Part shown: in pieces, positions 60,310 to 64,000 of the stretch | How positions within the stretch are numbered: position 1 is the first letter of the stretch | How the letters are laid out: each line of letters begins with the position of its first letter | Assembly: GCA_038087875.1 (NCBI GenBank) | Contig: CM075990.1 | Location: 4,466,001-4,530,000, forward strand | DNA: 64,000 nucleotides | Direction: 5' to 3' | Source: Malacoraja senta | Taxonomy: Eukaryota | The notes under the pieces: model-generated | Databases searched by the model: none | What the model saw: the letters and a program-made list of their open reading frames with translations, nothing else | Told to the model about the DNA's origin: nothing | Program-made: the position numbers and the translations under genes

Positions 60310-63204
60310 CTAGGTCCATATCCCTGCCTTCTCCCCGTAGCCCCTTATCCCCTTGGCAGCTAAAAAACCATCTATTTTAGACTTAAATATATTTAATGTT
60401 TCTGCTTCCACTGCTCCCTGGGGCAGTGAATTCCATAAATTAACCACCCTCTGGGTGAAGAAGTTCTTCCTCATCTCAGTTTTAAAAGAGCCCCCCCTTA
60501 TTCTACAACTATGTCCCCTAGTTCTAGTTTCCCCGATCATTGGGAACATCCTCGGTGCATCCACCCGATCAAGGCCCCTCACGATCTTATATGTTTCAAT
60601 GAGATCGCCTCTCATTCTTCTAAACTCCAAAGAGTAGAGTTCCAGCCTACTTAACCTTTCCTCATATGTCAATCCCCTCATTGCAGGAATTAATCTTGTA
60701 AACCTTCGCTGCACTGCCTCCAGGGCCAGTACATCCTTTCTTAAGTATGGACCCCAGAACTGTACACAGTATTCCAAATGTGGTCTCACTAATACTGTGT
60801 ACAGCTGCAGCAAGACCTCCGTGTTTTTATACTCAATCCCCCTAGCAATAAAGGCCAAAACTCCATTGGCCTTCCTGATTGCTTGCTGCACCTGCATACT
60901 AACTTTTAGTGATTCATGTACTACTACCCCTAGATCCCTTTGCGTTGCATTACAACGCAGCTCCACCTCATTTAGAAAATAACTTGCCCTATCATTTTTT
61001 TTCCCAAAGTGAATGACTTCACATTTATTAGTATTAAATTTCATCTGCCAAGTTGTTGCCCACTCACCTAGCTTATCTATATCCTTTTGCAGACTCTTCC
61101 TATCCTCCTCATCCCCTACTTTTCCTCCCATTTTTGTATCGTCCGCAAATTTTGATATATTACACTTGGTTCCCTCCTCCAAATCATTTATATAAATTGT
61201 GAACAACTGGGGTCCCAGCACCGACCCTTGCGGAACCCCGCTAGTTACCGGTTGCCATCCCGAGTATGAACCATTTATCCCCACTCTCTGCTTCCTATTT
61301 GTTAGCCAATCCTCTACCCATGCTAATATATTACCCCCAATCCCATAATTTTTTATTTTTAGCAATAGTCTCTTATGTGGCACCTTGTCAAAAGCCTTTT
61401 GGAAGTCCAAGTATACCACATCCACCGGTTCCCCTTTATCCACCCGGGTTGTTACTTCCTCAAAGAATTCGAGCAGATTCGTCAAACAGGACTTCCCCTT
61501 CACAAAACCATGCTGGTTCTGTCCGATGAAGTCATGTTTATCCAAGTGCCCCGTTAGTGTTTCTTTAATAATTGTCTCTAACATTTTACCCACCACCGAT
61601 GTTAGACTAACCGGTCTATAGTTACCCGCCTTCTGTTTACTTCCTTTTTTAAATATAGGTGTTACATTGGCCATTTTCCAATCCACTGGGACCGTTCCTG
61701 CCTCCAGGGAGTTTTGGAAAATTATCACCAATGCATCCACAATCCCCACCGCTATCTCCCTCAAGACCCTTGGATGTAATCCATCAGGCCCAGGGGATTT
61801 ATCCTCCTTCAGTCTCATTAATTTCCCTAATACCACCTCCTTGGTGATCTTAATAGTATTTAGCTCCTCCATTCCTACCGCCCCCTGTTTATCCAGCGTT
61901 GGAATATTTTTTGTGTCTTCTATGGTGAAGACTGATACAAAATACTCGTTTAATGCCTTTGCCATTTCCATGTTCCCCACCAACAACTCTCCAGTCTCAC
62001 CCTCCAATGGACCAACGTTCACCTTAGCCACCCTTTTTCTTTTTATATAGCTATAAAAACTCTTACTATTAGTTTTTATGTTGTTCGCTAAATTCCTTTC
62101 ATAGTCTATTTTCCCCGTCTTAATTAATCTCTTAGTTATTTTTTGCTGACCTTTAAATGCTTCCCAATCCTCTACCCTCCCACTATCTCTGGCTACCTTA
62201 TATGCCCTTGCCTTCAGCCGAATACTATCCTTTATAGTTTTACTGAGCCATGGCTGACTGTTCTTTCCCTTACCCCTTTTTTTCTTCATAGGAATAAATT
62301 TTTCTTGAAGGTTATACAGTAGATCCTTAAACGTACACCACTGCTCATGTACCGTCTTATTCTTGAGTCTGCTATCCCAGTCAACTTTGATCAGCTCAGT
62401 CCTCATACCTTCATAATCCCCCTTATTTAGACTAAGTACCCTAGCCTGAGTTTCAACCTGCTCCCCTTCTATTTGAATATGGAATTCGACCATATTGTGG
62501 TCACTTGTTCCCAACGAGTCCCTAACTATGACATTTTTAATTAATCCTGCTTCATTACACAGGACCAGATCCAAGATTGCCTCCCCCCTTGTCGGTTCTG
62601 TGACATACTGTTCTAGGAACCCGTCTCTAATACATTCTATAAACTCTTCCTCTAGTCTACCCTGCCCAGTTTGGTTTGCCCAATTAATATGAAAATTGAA
62701 GTCCCCCATGATTACAGCAGTTCCCTTTTTACATGCGTCAACTATTTGCAGATTTATGTTCTGACTAACAGCGTCACAGCTATTTGGAGGTCTATAAATT
62801 ACACCCACTAGTGTTTTTTTCCCCTTGTTATTCTCTATCTGTACCCAAGCTGTTTCACTATCCTGATCTTTCAACGCAATATCCTTCCTCTCTATTGCCG
62901 TTATTCCCTCCCTTATTAAAAGGGCCACCCCTCCTCCCTTTCTTTCCTGTCTATCTTTTCTAATTGTCGAGTACCCCTCTATATTTAACTCCCAATCCTG
63001 ATCCCCTTGCAGCCATGTCTCCGTAATGGCCACGATATCATAACTATATATACTTAATTGCACCGTTAATTCATTTATCTTATTTCGAATACTCCGTGCA
63101 TTTAGATACAGCACTTTCAGATGATTTTTACTACCCTTCCTTTCTGTTTTTGCCCCTTTTACATCTAGAGCTTTATCTTCACACATTCTGGATCCTCCTG
63201 TCAC
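60310..63204 (-). CDS. CR1 ORF2: apurinic-like endonuclease plus reverse transcriptase, 964 aa, uninterrupted
   Basis: YLNARS, ITETW, GDFN, SDH (APE); QHGF, DFQKAFD, GVPQGSVLGP, FADD (RT). Confidence 0.95.
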   Translation of the reverse strand: MTGGSRMCEDKALDVKGAKTERKGSKNHLKVLYLNARSIRNKINELTVQLSIYSYDIVAITETWLQGDQDWELNIEGYSTIRKDRQERKGGGVALLIREGITAIERKDIALKDQDSETAWVQIENNKGKKTLVGVIYRPPNSCDAVSQNINLQIVDACKKGTAVIMGDFNFHINWANQTGQGRLEEEFIECIRDGFLEQYVTEPTRGEAILDLVLCNEAGLIKNVIVRDSLGTSDHNMVEFHIQIEGEQVETQARVLSLNKGDYEGMRTELIKVDWDSRLKNKTVHEQWCTFKDLLYNLQEKFIPMKKKRGKGKNSQPWLSKTIKDSIRLKARAYKVARDSGRVEDWEAFKGQQKITKRLIKTGKIDYERNLANNIKTNSKSFYSYIKRKRVAKVNVGPLEGETGELLVGNMEMAKALNEYFVSVFTIEDTKNIPTLDKQGAVGMEELNTIKITKEVVLGKLMRLKEDKSPGPDGLHPRVLREIAVGIVDALVIIFQNSLEAGTVPVDWKMANVTPIFKKGSKQKAGNYRPVSLTSVVGKMLETIIKETLTGHLDKHDFIGQNQHGFVKGKSCLTNLLEFFEEVTTRVDKGEPVDVVYLDFQKAFDKVPHKRLLLKIKNYGIGGNILAWVEDWLTNRKQRVGINGSYSGWQPVTSGVPQGSVLGPQLFTIYINDLEEGTKCNISKFADDTKMGGKVGDEEDRKSLQKDIDKLGEWATTWQMKFNTNKCEVIHFGKKNDRASYFLNEVELRCNATQRDLGVVVHESLKVSMQVQQAIRKANGVLAFIARGIEYKNTEVLLQLYTVLVRPHLEYCVQFWGPYLRKDVLALEAVQRRFTRLIPAMRGLTYEERLSRLELYSLEFRRMRGDLIETYKIVRGLDRVDAPRMFPMIGETRTRGHSCRIRGGSFKTEMRKNFFTQRVVNLWNSLPQGAVEAETLNIFKSKIDGFLAAKGIRGYGEKAGIWT

Positions 63205-63293
63205 ATTTTGATTTTCCGTTTCCCCACTGATACCCTGCTCTATTTCCTCTACCCCTGCCGTTATTACCCCCCTTGATACCTCCCCCCCGCTAC

Positions 63294-63896
63294 TTAGTTT
63301 AAAGACCTCTCTACTGCCCTAGTTATATGATTTGCCAGGACCCCAGTCCCAGCACCGTTCAGGTGAAGTCCGTCCTTACAGAACAGATCCCCCCTGTCCC
63401 AGTACTGGTGCCAGTGGCCCAAGAAACCAAACCCATTTTTCCCACACCAGTCTTTGAGCCATGCATTCAGCTTTTTAATTTTACGTACCCTCGCCGATTT
63501 GGCCCGTGGCTCAGGTAGCAATCCAGAGATCAGTACCCTCGAGGTTCTGCTTTTTAATTTATTCCCTAACTGCTCAAACTCCTTCAGCAGATCCTCCTTC
63601 CTCGTCCTTCCTATGTCATTGGTCCCCACATGGACCACGACCACTGGATCCTCCCCCTCACTCTGCAAATTTCTCTCCAGCATCGCAGAGATATCCTTAA
63701 CCCTAGCACCGGGTAGGCAACACAGCCTTCGGGACATGTTCTGCTGGCCGCAGAGAACCTTATCTACCCCCCGAATAATACTATCCCCTATCACAACGGC
63801 ATTTCTTCTAACTCCCCCCCTCTTGAATGGCCCCCTGATCCACGGTGCTGCAGCCAGGTTGCTCATCCCTCCCACAGCCCCTGATCCCGTCCTCAC
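63294..63896 (-). CDS. CR1 ORF1 C-terminal SGNH/GDSL esterase domain (true start probably further upstream)
   Basis: GDS, GTND and DGLH blocks; homologous to 50873-51460. Confidence 0.85.
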   Translation of the reverse strand: MRTGSGAVGGMSNLAAAPWIRGPFKRGGVRRNAVVIGDSIIRGVDKVLCGQQNMSRRLCCLPGARVKDISAMLERNLQSEGEDPVVVVHVGTNDIGRTRKEDLLKEFEQLGNKLKSRTSRVLISGLLPEPRAKSARVRKIKKLNAWLKDWCGKNGFGFLGHWHQYWDRGDLFCKDGLHLNGAGTGVLANHITRAVERSLN

Positions 63897-64000
63897 ATTG
63901 AGTAAGAGCCTCGGTCATGCTCGTCAGGGACAAGGGCTGTGGCTCCTGCCGCATCTCCTCCTGGTTCCCCCTACCTGCCTCGCTTATGACCACACCTTCC

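Larger units (their letters stand above)
59972..64000 (-). mobile_element. Young CR1 LINE running off the window end
   Basis: Open ORF1 segment, intact ORF2, about 335-nt 3' UTR and (tttctatg)n tail. Confidence 0.95.

Noticed and set aside
60353..63700. Plus-strand ORFs antisense to the CR1
   Set aside because: Shadow frames of the CR1 ORFs with no independent evidence.

Overview
Eukaryotic (vertebrate) genomic DNA; the repeat content suggests a cartilaginous fish such as a skate or ray (inference). The + strand carries ten in-phase coding exons (16785-52393) of a BMP type I receptor, BMPR1A/ALK3. The signal-peptide exon was not confidently found. The gene lies tail-to-tail with the last (C1q-domain) exon of MMRN2 on the - strand, as in human. 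Introns and flanks are dense in mobile elements: CR1 LINEs (one with intact ORF2 and an esterase ORF1), L1-, Rex/Babar- and RTE-type fragments, tRNA-derived SINEs, Harbinger-type MITEs, a dead Tc1 and many short Penelope-like (PLE) 3' ends. Highlights: (1) the receptor keeps all catalytic motifs but has a rewritten L45 Smad-specificity loop and other clustered N-lobe substitutions; (2) short PLE-derived elements carry minimal hammerhead-ribozyme cores, several as fold-back palindromes, two of them hinged at the same nucleotide and one with a 15-bp TSD; (3) a PLE-in-CR1-in-Tc1 nest with readable junctions; (4) a bipartite RTE-derived element. Coordinates were read by eye. Exon and TSD boundaries were checked base by base; old-repeat boundaries are approximate. 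No searches were run.
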